From Atractiella rhizophila (lineage: Eukaryota), in the NCBI GenBank assembly GCA_021432655.1, contig MU271385.1, positions 1-64,000 of the forward strand: 64,000 nucleotides of DNA. The letters run 5' to 3'. The stretch's first letter is position 1. Each line of letters starts with the position of its first letter. Below are positions 1 through 12,899 of the stretch, one piece after another. The notes under the pieces are model-generated. The model worked only from the letters and a program-made list of their open reading frames with translations. It had not been told where the DNA came from and did no database searches. A program made the position numbers and the translations under genes.

Positions 1-962
1 GCAGTGTACCAATCATGCGCGTCGTTTAAGCCCCAGTTGGGATCTGAGAAAGGTTTACGGTGAGTTACATTCTCTTATGTCAGAACGCTGACCATCAAAG
101 ATATCCCGTCGTACCTGTGCTTCCTATCAGCTATTCACTATTTTGCAACAAATTACTCACTTCATTGTACAAATCCGCTCCGACAACTCTTGCGTTGCTC
201 TTGTAGCGATTAACCATGAAGACCCAATCATCCTGCCATGCCTTATCACTCTGACTCTCATTCCATCTCTCATTGCCATCGGCCGTGCCACAACACCATT
301 TTGCGAGGTTTGTATGGTTGTTGAGAATCACGGCAAAACCGCGAGCGGTCAGCTGTTCGATCACATAATCGTAGACTTGAAGGTACGTTTTCCCCTTCAG
401 GACAGGATTGGCTGCCACCCAGGAGTCTTCAACAATTGTGGTGGAGTGAATCATTTCGTTCGAGAACGGAAGCCGAATGGAGTTAATGCCGAGAGACTCG
501 AAATCATCCAAGATACGCGAGATGGGGACATATCTAGGACAACAATACGATCAGATTTACGGGTGCGACCAATGGGAACTGAACCTACTGCAATCCCAGG
601 GGCATGTTATGCGAATTTTCATGCGCATGGTGATTCGCATCGTCGTTCTGATCCCCACTACCGGCCCACGTTCCAGAGCTAGCAAGCACATTCAGCGAAA
701 TCATGACACCAGAGGAAAGGATCACATACGCGCCATGCCAGTTCCCCGACTTGAGCGTAAATCGTTGCCCATTTGCATCCACAATCCAGCGTCCCTGGGT
801 ACTCAACGGGGGAGTCCATGCTGGTACAGCTCGACCAGCAACAGCTGCAGAAGCAGCAAAGTTGACGAGCGTCAAACCCTGCTGCCATCTCAGTACTGAA
901 ACCCTGCACACAGAGAAGCAGAGGCCTACTAGAATCACGAGACGCTTCATCATAGCCTTCAA
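1..962 (-). CDS. Secreted glycoside hydrolase family 5, spliced; 3' end runs off the window
   Basis: Hydrophobic N-terminus, then PPLSTQGRWIVDANGQRFTLKSGNWHGA, LGINSIRLPFSNEM, ILNNH..WCCG..DGNERW and the acid/base motif GADLYNE (ORFs 585..962 and 131..511). Confidence 0.88.
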
Positions 963-1425
963 AGCTGTGAGGTGGGCAAGTAAGCAGTTCTGTTCCTTTT
1001 ATAGCCAACTATCTAACGGACGCTCAATTCTTTTACCACGATAGAGGCTGAGCTGCTGATCTTCCCCAGGCCTATAAAGTGTTGTCTTAGGCATTGCAAG
1101 CCTAGGCAACACATGTTTCCTTCACGCGGACTCGGAAAATACCTGTCATTGACTTGTATGGTCAAGTTCCCACGTGAAAGGACCCACTGCAAATAGTTTG
1201 GAAAGGAGTGGAACAGTTAATAGTTAATATGATCCCAAAAAGCGACAATCTTGTCCCAGCAGCAACTTGACTCTGTGAACTTGTACAAACTTGTATAAAG
1301 AGCTGTTGCTCACTTTGTAACCTGAATTTGTATATCTGACGCATATTCTTTATCGAGTGTGGCTTTTGTGAACTCATTGCCCAGGCCTAGATCAACGTTT
1401 ACTTTTGTGCTTGTAAAATCATTCT

Positions 1426-3302
1426 CTAGGTCAACGTTCCCTTTCCAAGCAGATAACCCAAAACCTTCAAAGCAACTTCAGGGGCGTCGAATGGGATAAG
1501 ATGTCCCGCATCTGATGCAAAGCTTATGATCGCCATGCTGCTAGTAGGAAAAAAACTCACTGTCGACTTCAATGTAAGTCAGCCCTCTCTCCTTATTCCA
1601 CGTCCCTTTCTTTTCTCCATTCAGGAGCAAGGGCTTTTCAGGAGGGTTGTGAAACCCCTGTCGAGGCGAGATTCAGCATCAACGCAAGCTTTCCATGCAG
1701 GGATTCACTCGCCTGAGAACCGAGCCAAGTAGTATTTTGAATGACGAGTCGGGTCCCTTCAGCTAGGAGAAGACTGTCATTCAGCCCTTGCCAAATCGTA
1801 ACTTCAATCCTCGAGAGTAATTCGGGAAGAAGATCGCAGGGTGGACGAGAGTTATCGTAGTTATTCTTGAAAACCCCCCAAAATCCCTGCAATTTCTCAG
1901 TGAAAGCTGAGGAATGAGTTTCGCAGGAGCCTCACTGGAACTTGCAGATTATACGGACCAAAACCCCCTACATTCAACACTTCTTGTACGTCGGCTCTCT
2001 GTGGCGTTGACGTTGGATTAATGGCAAGAGATAAGAAATGGCGCACATTTAGGTATGGTGTCAATTCATCTGTTTGATTAGCTTGTTCCGGTCCAACCCG
2101 ATAATCCCAGAAATTAGGATTGATACGCTTCGCTTCGTTAAAAACCAATGTCCAGATATCGCAATAGTCGCTAAAGGCCTCAGAAGGGTATGGAATCAAG
2201 CCACTCTAATCCCCGATCAGAGAAAGTCTGAAAAGGGGGAAAGATGGAAGAGCGAACTCGAGCGGGATAGACGAGCCATTCATCCATGATCTTTTCGAAG
2301 CCGCATTCGACAGAGCGTGTTTTCACTCTCGCCACGAAATCGTCCGGGAATCCATACCCGTCTTGATGTTTTTCTACGAAGCGGTACATGGGAAGCTCCT
2401 CAGTTGTGGGATACGCAGCCCAGCTCCCGTCCCCTATCCTATTCCATATTCTAAATGGTGTCAAAGAAAAGGGTTAAACAGGAGGCGTACATAATGGTTT
2501 TCAGGGGAGCTATCTGAGAAAGTTCGTGCTTTGAAGCTTTGAGTATGCGCCTGGCTATGTAAGTGATATAGTAGGCCGCGTAGCTTTCCCCAGTGATAAA
2601 CAAGTTTCTCTCCTTCAGCTCGGGATATACCTGAAAGAACTTCAAAGCTTTCAGCCCCTAACTCCACTAAGGAATAGAACCTACACGCATCAGGAACTGG
2701 AAGAACTCTTCCGCCACATCGTCTTCATTCTCTGCTTTCACTGTGCCGCGACTGTAACCAGTAGAGACAGGTTGGTCCACATAAACGACGTCTGCAATAT
2801 TGGTCCAGCTGTTAGGGTTTGTGTAAGGATGGAAGGGCTCATATGGAGCGTAACGGATTGGTCCATTTTCTAAAAAGAATCCGAAGAGGGAAGAACACCC
2901 AGGCTATAAAGCAGATTGAGGATGATGGTGAGGGGACTGAAAGACATACACCTCCATTGAGCCAAACAACGAGATCATCCGTCCCCTCCGGCTGAGTAGT
3001 TGGGAAGTACCAATAGTACATTTCCTGATCAGCTGCAATGGAAACTGTTCCACTCCACGAATCTTGTAGACAGAGTTCGGACATCAAAGGAAGGTCTGTT
3101 GTCCGAAGTCGAGCAGCTGTACACATTGTGAGCCTTTACACATACAAGAAGGGATGTAGAGATGTTACGTACCATGAGCTGCTGGTGTGGAGAACTTGGG
3201 ATATTGGTACTGAGGACAATGGAGCGAGGTGTTGGCGGGATACGCCTCAACCAACCATGGAAGGATACATGTTACCGCGAGATATGCTATAACCAGCGCC
3301 AT
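1426..3302 (-). CDS. Secreted serine carboxypeptidase, family S10, multi-exon
   Basis: Signal peptide MALVIAYLAV, then MYYWYFP..DDLVVWLNGG(P)GCSS, YVDQPVSTGYS, catalytic Ser in ITGESYAA, Asp in WQGLNDSLL and His in DAGHLIPFDAP. Stop codon at 1426. Confidence 0.92.
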
Positions 3303-3828
3303 GGCAGATCTGTTCAGGAGAGAAATAGAGCGGACTGAGTAGATCATGTCAGGGGAACAACGGGGCTTCAAGGCCTTTTATGGATTGCAGAGGCGGGCCA
3401 CATGAAAGAATGCCTATATTGCTCAGACTAGAAATGGCGCCGCGCTTCTCTACTCCTTCTATGGGGAATATTCAAAAAACTACTCTGCTTCAACAAAAAC
3501 ACTGGACAAAGGGAAGGTTGCTAAATTTGATCTGACACGTTGTAACGCATAACCTTGAGAATATCTCATCCCCAATTGAGTTCCCCGCTAGCGTATCGCG
3601 GAAGTGAGGACGTGCGTTGCAAGACGACGAATGCCGGGCAAGAGAATACGATTACAGTAGGTATCCATGCGTGCAGAAGTTGCAATGAGAAACACGATGC
3701 AAAGTTCAATGTCGAAGCGCAGACAAAAAAAGTTCAGTGCTTCGCTTGGATCTTTGGCAGCGCCGGTCGCTCAGACCCGTAAACTAAATATTCACAGAAG
3801 AGAATAATGTACATTGAGAAGGTCGGTT

Positions 3829-6800
3829 TCAACCAAGTGGGCCTACTCCAAGCGGATCAAATGCAGTGGGGGACTCCTTCCGGGGTGCTAGCCGACTCTC
3901 GATGGTATCATTGGCGGCGACTTCTGCAGTCTGGGTTTGGGACGATCGTAGAACGGGAGTGGAGGGAGATCTCGAGTCTGGAAATTGTATACGAGTCCAA
4001 GGAGGTGGATTGGGTGAAGCGGACGGTGGTCGCTTTGGCTGCAGCAACATTGTTAAAACTGTACTGTGGACCCAGGGGAGCTTCTTACCAGAACACTATC
4101 CGAATTCGACGGTTTCTCCAGTACCGCTGAACGACTCATACCCATTCTTTGCGCAGACGAACTCCCCGTTTCCGAACCAGATCGGCTCGATTCTCCAAAC
4201 CGTGGACGTCCAAAACCAGATCCATCGGATGTAGTTTTCCTCAAGAGAGAGTCGTTAGCATCCGTCGAGCCAGCGAGGACTTCGCTTATGTGTCGGACAG
4301 TTTTCAAAGCCTGAAGTACGTCTTGCTTGCTGCTTGTAGCCAATTCTCGCTCAAAAACCTCCAGGCAATTGTTTAATGCCCTAGACAATGCTTTGTTCTC
4401 GTTCGAGCGGGCTGGTGAACCGTCTGGACTGGCAGGAGAGCCAAACGCGTTGAAGAGCGGAGAGCGAGGGATGGAGAGAGACCCAGAGGCACCATGAGCC
4501 TGATAGTTTTTCTACTGCAGACTTAGGAAATGGTCAATCATAGAAAGGGACAAGATACCTTTATCTCCCCGAACAAAGCACGTCCGCCGACGCTAAACTG
4601 CTCCGCCCTCTCCATGACACCCTTAGCAATGTCCCCTAGTCCACCTTCTCCATTCCAGGTCCCAACGCCAGCAACAAAACTCTGCTTTTTAGCATGTCCA
4701 GCCGCCGTCGGACGCTGCCGTCGTTGAGGTACTGAAGCCACGATATCGCGACCAGATACTGCACCAACCTCGACGTTCTGTGCCCGAACTGTTTCACCTC
4801 CGGAGGCTGAAAGATTATCTCGTAACTACATGACGCAACATTTGGTTGAATGTAAATGGATTGGAACGACGGAAACACCCACGAAGACGGCTTGCGTTAC
4901 GAGCAGGCTGAGTCGAAAATCTCCATCCGGTGGAGCTGGGTATCGTAGGAGAAGGGTAAATATCGTGGACGCATCAGACTCAAGAACTACATCAGCGATC
5001 AGGACGCCGGCTAAGAAGGCAAACATCTAGAGAGACTCACTTGCATCACGAATACGCAGTAACATGGCCACGCAGATCTGCTCTACCAGACGGAGCGAAG
5101 GATCTTCGGCAAAAATACCGTCCCAGAGTTCCAAGACGGCAGGCATAGAAAACTCCCTCCCAAACAGACACCTGATCCATCGCCTATAGAAAAGTCAACA
5201 ACGACGCCATTTCCCAGGCTTGAAAGTATCCTTACATGCCCCAGATTTGAGGTTCGATGCCCTCCCGCCTCAGTTTGTCCCACAACTCTTCGTCGACTTT
5301 CCGTAAGAGTTCATTCTGTATGCGCAGACATTTTGCCATAATTGGTTGTACGAGATGGACTTTGTCTCCTGCGCTCTTGATAGATGTCATCGTAGTAGAA
5401 GTGGGGGACATGGGTAATGGGATCGACTCAGAATGGTCGAACCAATCTTTCCCTTGTCGCATAAGAGCGTTAAACAGAAACCATGTATCATGGACGACGT
5501 ATTTTCTTGACAGGACCGTATACATGAGCTCGTCAGATGGAGGGTTCTCGTTTGTAGGCGAGAGTGGAGGGGTAGACGACGACGGTATCGTGGAAGATGT
5601 CGAAGCTTCTGTGGGATCCAGCGATTCAAGTTCTACGATCCAAAGCAACGGCGCAAGGAGCTCGTGCATGCCTTGTCGATAACCAAGCTGGGGATTCAGT
5701 TTGGAGAATATGAACAGGAGGTCGACCAGCCTCTCTTGCACTTGGGGGTCCCGAAAGTATTCCATATCGGGGAATCTGCTCATTGAGAATTAGCAAAACA
5801 AATAAAAATCACGGTGCACATGGCTTACGTTCGCTCAACATCAAGCTGGATTTCTTTCCGCAGTCCAAGATCCTGAAACCAGACCTCCCACGTGTTCTAA
5901 GTAAAAATCAGCCAAGTGCTTTGGGATGGACTAATGATAATATTTCAAGGGACGGCAGCATACAGCTTAATCGAGCGCCGTTTGAGAGCAAGAAAGAGGT
6001 CCTCATAACCATTCTGAGCCGTTCCATCGCTAAAACATTAGAAACGAACAATACTGCGATGTATTTCCTTCGCTTTCTTAAGGGAAGCGCTAACATCATA
6101 TTGATAACAGCATCAGAGCGCTGAAAGTCAGCGCCAACATGTTGTTGAGGCGTCAATGGAGCTCCAATCTCAACCTGAAGACACTGATCGACTTTAGGAG
6201 GAATTGCTTCCATGCTCGAAAGGAATTGCAAGCGAACGCGTTCCTGTTTCGAAGTAGAAGATAAAAGCCTGGAATTATAGAACTGTGAGACACGATGTGT
6301 TTTCTATGCCCCAAGAAATCTAAGTCTGCAAAATCTAAGTCTGCAAGGGGAGGGGATTGCAACAGATCGTTATTTCAGAAGCAATGATTTGCTACGCTAC
6401 ATCAGAAAGTTACCACTCTGATCAACTTTCTGTTGCATGAGCGTCATAGCCAGTTATATGTGTAACGTTCTTAGTATACCTTCAAAGACACTTTCAATAG
6501 GAACTGCTAGTACACTTAACTGGACACTCTGCCGTCCAACAACTTTTCGAATGGGCCGCATCAGGAAGTTCTGGTGCCCCTTTCATGTGAGCACATATGC
6601 GACAATGAGTTGGTCGCGTTCGCTATCCAGCGCAAGCTCAACTTTCAATCGCTCAAACACAAAGCCCTTCCCATACTCAAACCAAGCAAAATCCCCATCT
6701 CACGAGAAAGAAAGGCACGTACCCCTCTCTCCAAACTAAGAGGATTATTCCTCTGAACATCCCCGCCCTCCTCCTTTCTTCCCTCCAACCTCCCTCTTAG

Positions 6801-7010
6801 TTCTTCCCATTCCTTCCTCGCAGCACCCAGCGCTACTTTCCAGGGTTCTCCCGGTATAGGCGTCGGGAGCAGTCCGAGGAAGAACTTGTAATGGAGTGAT
6901 CGAAGTGGGAGGGGGGCGGGCGTGTTGCGGAGCGTGGAGGCGGTGAGGAGGGGCGAGTGGAAGTGCGTTACGTAGAGTTGTTTGATCTGGGACGCTGGTG
7001 GACGATCCAT
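3829..7010 (-). CDS. TBC-domain Rab GTPase-activating protein, TBC1D5-like
   Basis: LRSLHYKFFLGLLP, NNPLSL, Arg finger in EIQLDVERT, FPDMEYFR, Gln finger in GYRQGMHELLAPL, ICVAMLLRIR and C-terminal DPLGV. Contains an 826-nt intron at 5897-6722. Confidence 0.9.
6316..6345. repeat. Perfect 15-bp tandem duplication (AAATCTAAGTCTGCA x2) inside the long TBC intron
   Basis: Read directly from the sequence. Confidence 0.9.
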
Positions 7011-7502
7011 CTGAATCGTGAGTGACGTTGCAAGAGGGTGTCAGTTGTCGTTGGGAAGCTGGCTTCGCGCTCTTTGTGTGTGGCGGATGTGGGAAAGTAG
7101 ACCCCGGATTTGTTGAGGAGAAGGAAGGGCAGGAACAATCGTAGGAACAGCTTGGAAAGCGCGGGCTTTCTGCAGCCGATGCAGACACGTGACTTGACAA
7201 CACTGTTGAAGTGCAGTCGATAAGCTAAAATGATAAATCAGAGCAAGAGCAGCGAACGCGTTTGCAATGCGCATGGACCTATCGACTGCTGTGGCCTCCA
7301 CCTCGAGGGTCCGTTACGTCCTCATTTGTAACAATGTCCCTCAGCTACACTGAACACGATGCATGATATGTTGTTTATGATTATTCATTAGAATTGTAGC
7401 TTGTCAGATTTACATCGAACTAATGAAAGAGTTGTGAGTGATTTATCCGTGTGGCAATGTTGTTACAACGCTTCGTTTCCATAAATGATAGCTATGCTAG
7501 AA

Positions 7503-8798
7503 CTAATTCCATCTTTTGATAAGCGCCTCACTGTCATTCATTCAGCATCTCCGAACGCATGATTGGACCAGAGAAAGAAAGAGACGCACTAAACGGCCCA
7601 GGCAACGGCACTGCTCCCTGCCTTCCTCGCTACCCTCAAACCAGCGCCATCGTAGAACCCTCGTACACCTCTCTCCCTCCACACTTTGAAGAAGGCTTCT
7701 CGATACGTTCCAGGGTATAGTTGTAGACGGGTCTTGAGGAGGTCGAATGGGGTGGTAAGGAGTGTCGAGAGGGCTGAAGCCGTAGCACCTTCCAACCAAA
7801 GGCATCAGGAAGATAAAGTATGAAGGGGAGCAGGCGCACTGCTGGTGAAGTCAGACAAAAATGACGGCGGAAGTTGACGCCGTAAACGCTCGTAAAATAA
7901 CTATTATGCTGGGAGATTAGAAGGAGGAGAGTGAGAATGTAACAGGTGGACGCACGACGAACAGTCCTGCGTTTGGCGCGTCACGTAGCGCGGTCGCTGC
8001 TGAACCACGCCATAGGGTTTTGATTATTTGTTTTGCTGGTAAGCTTCTGAGTGGAGGATGAGCTACAGTTGACTATTCCAGCCAAACTTAGCAGGTGGAA
8101 TTGAATTGTCGAAGAAGAGAAGGGGGTCAAACACACCTCAGTCCGTGCTTTTATGACAGTGAATGGCATCAAAATGTATCCAACCTTCGCACTCATATCA
8201 ATGCCGGTTGTCTCACAAGACGATAGGAGAAAAAGCTGACGGATGTGCGCGCTGTGGATCCGCATAACAGGTCTCCCAAGGGTGTCAGTTTGGGTCGCGT
8301 CTTTTTCGAGGTGGATAGAGGTTGGGAAGTTGAAGACAGAGAGAAGAGGGGCACTTGTGCGAACGCTTCGCGTAGGGACGAGAGGGAGAAAAAGTAGAGG
8401 GACACGCCTGGAACATTCCTGTGCAAGGTTCAATTCATCGACGTCAGTTCTTCCAAATTGACCAATGAGAGGAATAGAGGAGCACCGTAATATTGTGGGT
8501 GTCAGTCCATTCCAAAATGCAAGGACCCCTTCAGAGCGGACAATGTTCGTGCTCACGGCGTAGAGAGACGGTTTTAGAGCCGATGTTGGCAGAGAGGCGA
8601 TGGTGTGCGTTTGCTGCACCCGTGTTTTGACCACTTGTGTCAATCGAAGTAGATGAGTACATGTCAGTCATAAAGTCTAGGTGTTGAGGAAAACGCACAA
8701 TCCAACGGTTGTAAGAGGACGCAGGATACGAACCCTGAAATTCCACCTGAGTAGAGAGAGCGGAGGGACTTGTTCCCTGTTCTTTTTTCTGTTGTCAT
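7503..8798 (-). CDS. HEM25: Mitochondrial carrier, glycine transporter (SLC25A38/Hem25-like)
   Basis: Three carrier signatures: LQPLD|VVKTRVQQ, MPFTVIKARTE and TPFDLLKTRLQL. Also GLTPTILR|NVPGVSLYF, RDAPNAGLF and GLRVARKAGSSAVAWAVYE. Confidence 0.88.
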
Positions 8799-9135
8799 TA
8801 CTGAATCTTGAACTCCTTAACACGCTGGCACCATGTCTTTCGTAAGAATATAGCTATTTTATGCGCAAACACGTCGTTGAATCTCGCCTGGTCTCCCCAG
8901 CACAACAAAAATATTGAATGTCCAAAGAAGGAAGGTGGCCGGAAAGCTGCGTCAGTCCCGCGGGTTCTGGCTTCCGGTGCTTCGCTCCAGCAGCGGATTG
9001 TTGCGGATTAGCGAAAAAACGACCATCTCCTCCTTCATATCCTCTCACGACCCCTTCGTCCCCCAACACCCCTCTGGAAGTCTACCTGCACCTTCCATAG
9101 CAAGTTGTTATACGTTTTTATACAGTAACGAAGGC

Positions 9136-9906
9136 ATGCAAAATACACTGACCACGTTTCTCTCCCTCTTCACCATCGCCGCTGCTTCTCCCTATCCACT
9201 TCCAGCTGAGCAAGTGTGTCTGTTTCACTACTCAGGCTGATATGAGACGGATACGGATATTGACATAGCGGGTAGATATCTGAGATACTCTTGAAGCGGC
9301 AGAGCAACAGCACGAGCAGCAACAGCACTAGCAGCAATAGCACCAGTGACAACACCGACAGCGATGGCGTAGAAGTAGACACTGAAGGTCTCGGTGGGTC
9401 CCTCGCTCCTCATTCAACAAGTGTCATCATTCCTATCTAATTATGTAACTCGGACAGCAATATCGATAGCAACCATCGTCGGAGCAATTGTCCTATGCTC
9501 TCTCCTTGCATGGATCTTTGGAGGACGAGCAAAGAAGCCCAAAACGCCCGCCGTCTCAGAACCTACCTCTGCGCCTCCCTCCAAGCCACGAAAGCTGCAA
9601 ACCACGAATCCGAACAAAGACAAGTCCTCGCTCGCACCCCCCACACCTCTCACTCGCGGTCGTCCCTCATTCACCCGCGGTCACCAGACCAAAGGCTCGG
9701 GCAAGTACAACCAACTCCCTCCCATTCAAGGCGAGAGTGGAACGTGGACGCCGCTCGAGTACGATGGCGACGAAGACGAAACTATTTTCTCTGCTGGACC
9801 CCTCAGTGCCATGCCCAGAGATGGGAGCGGTGCTCCGTTTGCGGGAAGAGGAGGAGGAATGCCTAAAAGCCCGGCAGCGGGAGGGCCGAGGGACAGACCT
9901 TTCTAA
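9136..9906 (+). CDS. Small type I membrane protein of unknown function
   Basis: Spliced product has signal peptide MQNTLTTFLSLFTIAAASPYP, a KR|Q Kex2-like site, (SNST)x3, TM helix ISIATIVGAIVLCSLLAWIFGG and a basic/Pro-rich tail. Confidence 0.65.
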
Positions 9907-11245
9907 CTTGAGGGAGTGTGGCATTGGCATACTTAAATGGACTCTGGGTGTGAATATCTTAGTGTGAGAAGTATGTGTTCACGAGTAATGTTTGAGGAGA
10001 ATTTATGGACTGTTTCTTCGTCAACTCCTTACTTAGTCCCCTTTCATGGCCCCCTCATCCCCCTAGCCTCACCCATTTTGTCCCGTAACAGCCACAACAG
10101 CCCCATTCCTGCACCTGTCCCTGTCCCTGTCCTATTTCCAAACCGGGCTCGATAGATGACTCTTACCGTTAAATCCGATTCATTGAACTGTACAATCTGG
10201 TATGAGAGCAAACTCAATGGGAGAACATCGGTTGTAAGGGCCGATCCGGCCTCCGCGGGCATAAACGCGGCAAAGGCGATGTTGCGAACCTCTTGAACGA
10301 CCACTTCTCCCTCTCCTTGTAAAAGTAATTTTTCGAGCAACAGTCTCGAGAGATGTTACCTCTGCTTTTTGCAACACTTTTGGGAGGGACGACGGCGCAA
10401 AAGTGGGTTCTATCACGGGTCAGATGCGCAGGATGATTGATATTTTTTATTTAGATCGGATGCGGTTTGTGGACAGGGATTCTCGTTCGCTTTTCTCAAT
10501 CAATTCCTCTGAAGAGAAGAGCGTGCTGATGAAGGTTCGGGATGTAGATGGATGAACAATGATCTAGGACAGGTTTGCACAGAACTTTTCCGAATAAAAC
10601 TGGTCCTCATAGTCTGCACAGAGCCCTTGTCAAGTCGCAGCTACGATTTTCGGTCCGTTGCTTGCTCCCACTATTCTTACGTGCTGAACTAAAACGGTGA
10701 TGGTGACAGCGTTTTGCCAAGGTGCGCTACTATCCTGCATGCCTGATTTGAAATATGGATGACTGACGACTTGTGGGTTCGAAGGGAGTTCCTTCACACT
10801 CTGGGTGCGACTTTCCTCTTTGCTGATGAGCGTTTATTGATGAGGGGAATGCATGCAGGCGCTCCCTGGCCCGAATTGGGTGTGCCTTTTACTTCTCGAA
10901 CGTCCAAGCGAAAGGCTAACAGACCGTCCTTGACAGGCTTACCCGGGGTATGTTTTCACCATAGATGTTTGGAGGCAATGCTGAGCGAGGATGCATGCAT
11001 GAAGACCTACGAGCCAGGCGGTTGGCGACCACGGATGGAACAGATGCGAGTTCGTCTTTACTTGATCTGACTGAAGGAAGCTCTAACCGGGCTCTATAGT
11101 TGCTCAATGCCTGTGTACGTTCTGTCCTATATTACAAGTTGTGCTAATTTGAAAAATCCAAAACAGGTACAACGTATGTCCTACACTTTCTTGTCGTCAA
11201 GATTGAGGCTGTGGTTGCTAACTCGACATCTCGGAAACACGATAG

Positions 11246-12014
11246 TTGCTATCTGCTTGCGCTGATTGCCAAGGATCCCGTTGGGTTACATACGCGCAAC
11301 ATACTCAACAATGTAACTCCTCCTATACCGGAGACGACCAAGGAGCAGTCTACTTCCTACCTATCAAGCTACCAGACACCACCACTCTTCCTTCGTGGGC
11401 GGATCACAACTCCACGCAGAACAACGGTGGAATATGGGATGAGGGAGTGTCTCGCCAGATCGCAGACTCAGCTGGATCCACAACAACGACAACTGGGAGT
11501 TCCGCAACTGGCACAAATCAATCGTCGAATGGAGGTGGGGGCGGAGGAAGCAGTAATGCAGGTGCCATTGCCGGAGGAGTCGTTGGCGGTGTGGCCGCCC
11601 TCGCAATCGCCATTGGGGGCTTCTGGTGGTACCGTCGTCGACAGCGAAATGCTGCTCCAGCTGGAGCGGCGAAGGTTGACTCAGGCTCGCCGGGAAGCGA
11701 TGATCCGTTCACCACCCCTGGAGTTGCGATGGAGCAGCATGGCGCTAACCTCGGACCTTCCCCTGTGCACTCGCCTCAGTATCCCGGATTCGTCTCAAAC
11801 CCGTTCCATCCTAATCATCCTGAGATGAGACAGTTCCATAACGCCACGGCATCGACAGAGCCGGTGAGCAGTGAGAGGGGAAGCAGGGTCGTGGTACCTG
11901 AAATTCAAGGAGAGGATTTGAACAGGTCAGTTTTGTTCCTCTTTCTTGTCGCGGAAAAAAGGACTAATTCTTTTTGGGGCAAGGCCGGATGAATACGACG
12001 TTTTTAGGCGCTAA
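11246..12014 (+). CDS. Cys-containing single-pass membrane protein; 5' exons (about 10.6-11.2 kb) not resolved
   Basis: LSACADCQG..W..C..LPSWA ectodomain, Ser/Thr/Gly stalk and TM AGAIAGGVVGGVAALAIAIGGFWWYRRR. The last intron leads to RPDEYDVFRR*. Confidence 0.7.
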
Positions 12015-12386
12015 TTCAATCGTTATGGTATCCTGAAGGTTGCAGTGATTGTAACGGTGACGATGAAGGTGTAGCGAGGGGGAGATGCCTGTATTTTCAC
12101 ATCCTTTGTGTTATCGTACTTGTAAGAGATACCACCCACGTTGTCCTTTCAGAGTTACGCCTAGTTATTGCTAATTTCATATACGATTTCACGACACTCA
12201 AGCAAAGAAAGGTCGATTCTGCAAGTTAGCTTCAGCGAAGCTGTCTCAACCCTAAATGCTTTGATGATTCGACTCTCAAGACCTGTTCCCAGTCATAAAG
12301 AATCAGGATCTCAACAGCAATAAGTTTCCGGCTATGGTAATTAAACGGGGGCAAAAGAAGCTGAGCAAGTACCAGCAAACCAAAAG

Positions 12387-12899
12387 ATGAACACGACATT
12401 CGTCATTCGCCGGGTAGACCCTGACACAGAAGCGCTGCCAATCTTCAAGCCACTCCGACTCCGTGCCCTTGCTACAGATCCTGCACAGTTAGGCTCGAAC
12501 CTGGCTCGGGAGGAAGCATTTGACGACGAAACATGGAAATCTCGCTCAAGGACCGCTCATCTTGCCTTCGTCGATGGCGTTTCTGTAGGATTGATTGGTC
12601 ATTTGTACGAGGATGAGATATGGCCAGATCGGAAGCCCGAAGAAGGGAAGAAGAGGAAGGGGCTCCTGCTTGCTTTTTGGGTCGCGCCTGAATATCGCCG
12701 GAGGGGAATCGGCAGCGCGCTCGTCAGACAGATTGTGAGCGAGGTAGTGGAGAAGGAAGGGAATGAGTTGAGCTTGAATGTGAAGGGAAATAATGAGGAG
12801 GCGAAGAGCGTCTATCTTAAGGAAGGGTTTCAGCTGACAGGCCGTGGGGAACGAGATGGGGAGCTTGTAATGCACTATGCGACAGGTTTGAGTTTCTAA
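12387..12899 (+). CDS. GNAT-family N-acetyltransferase, intronless
   Basis: Acetyl-CoA motif A FWVAPEYRRRGIGSALV and motif B NEEAKSVYLKEGF. Confidence 0.9.
   Translation: MNTTFVIRRVDPDTEALPIFKPLRLRALATDPAQLGSNLAREEAFDDETWKSRSRTAHLAFVDGVSVGLIGHLYEDEIWPDRKPEEGKKRKGLLLAFWVAPEYRRRGIGSALVRQIVSEVVEKEGNELSLNVKGNNEEAKSVYLKEGFQLTGRGERDGELVMHYATGLSF

Noticed and set aside
6383..6424. Possible C/D snoRNA (AATGATT...CTGA)
   Set aside because: Poor C box, too short, and antisense to the host intron.
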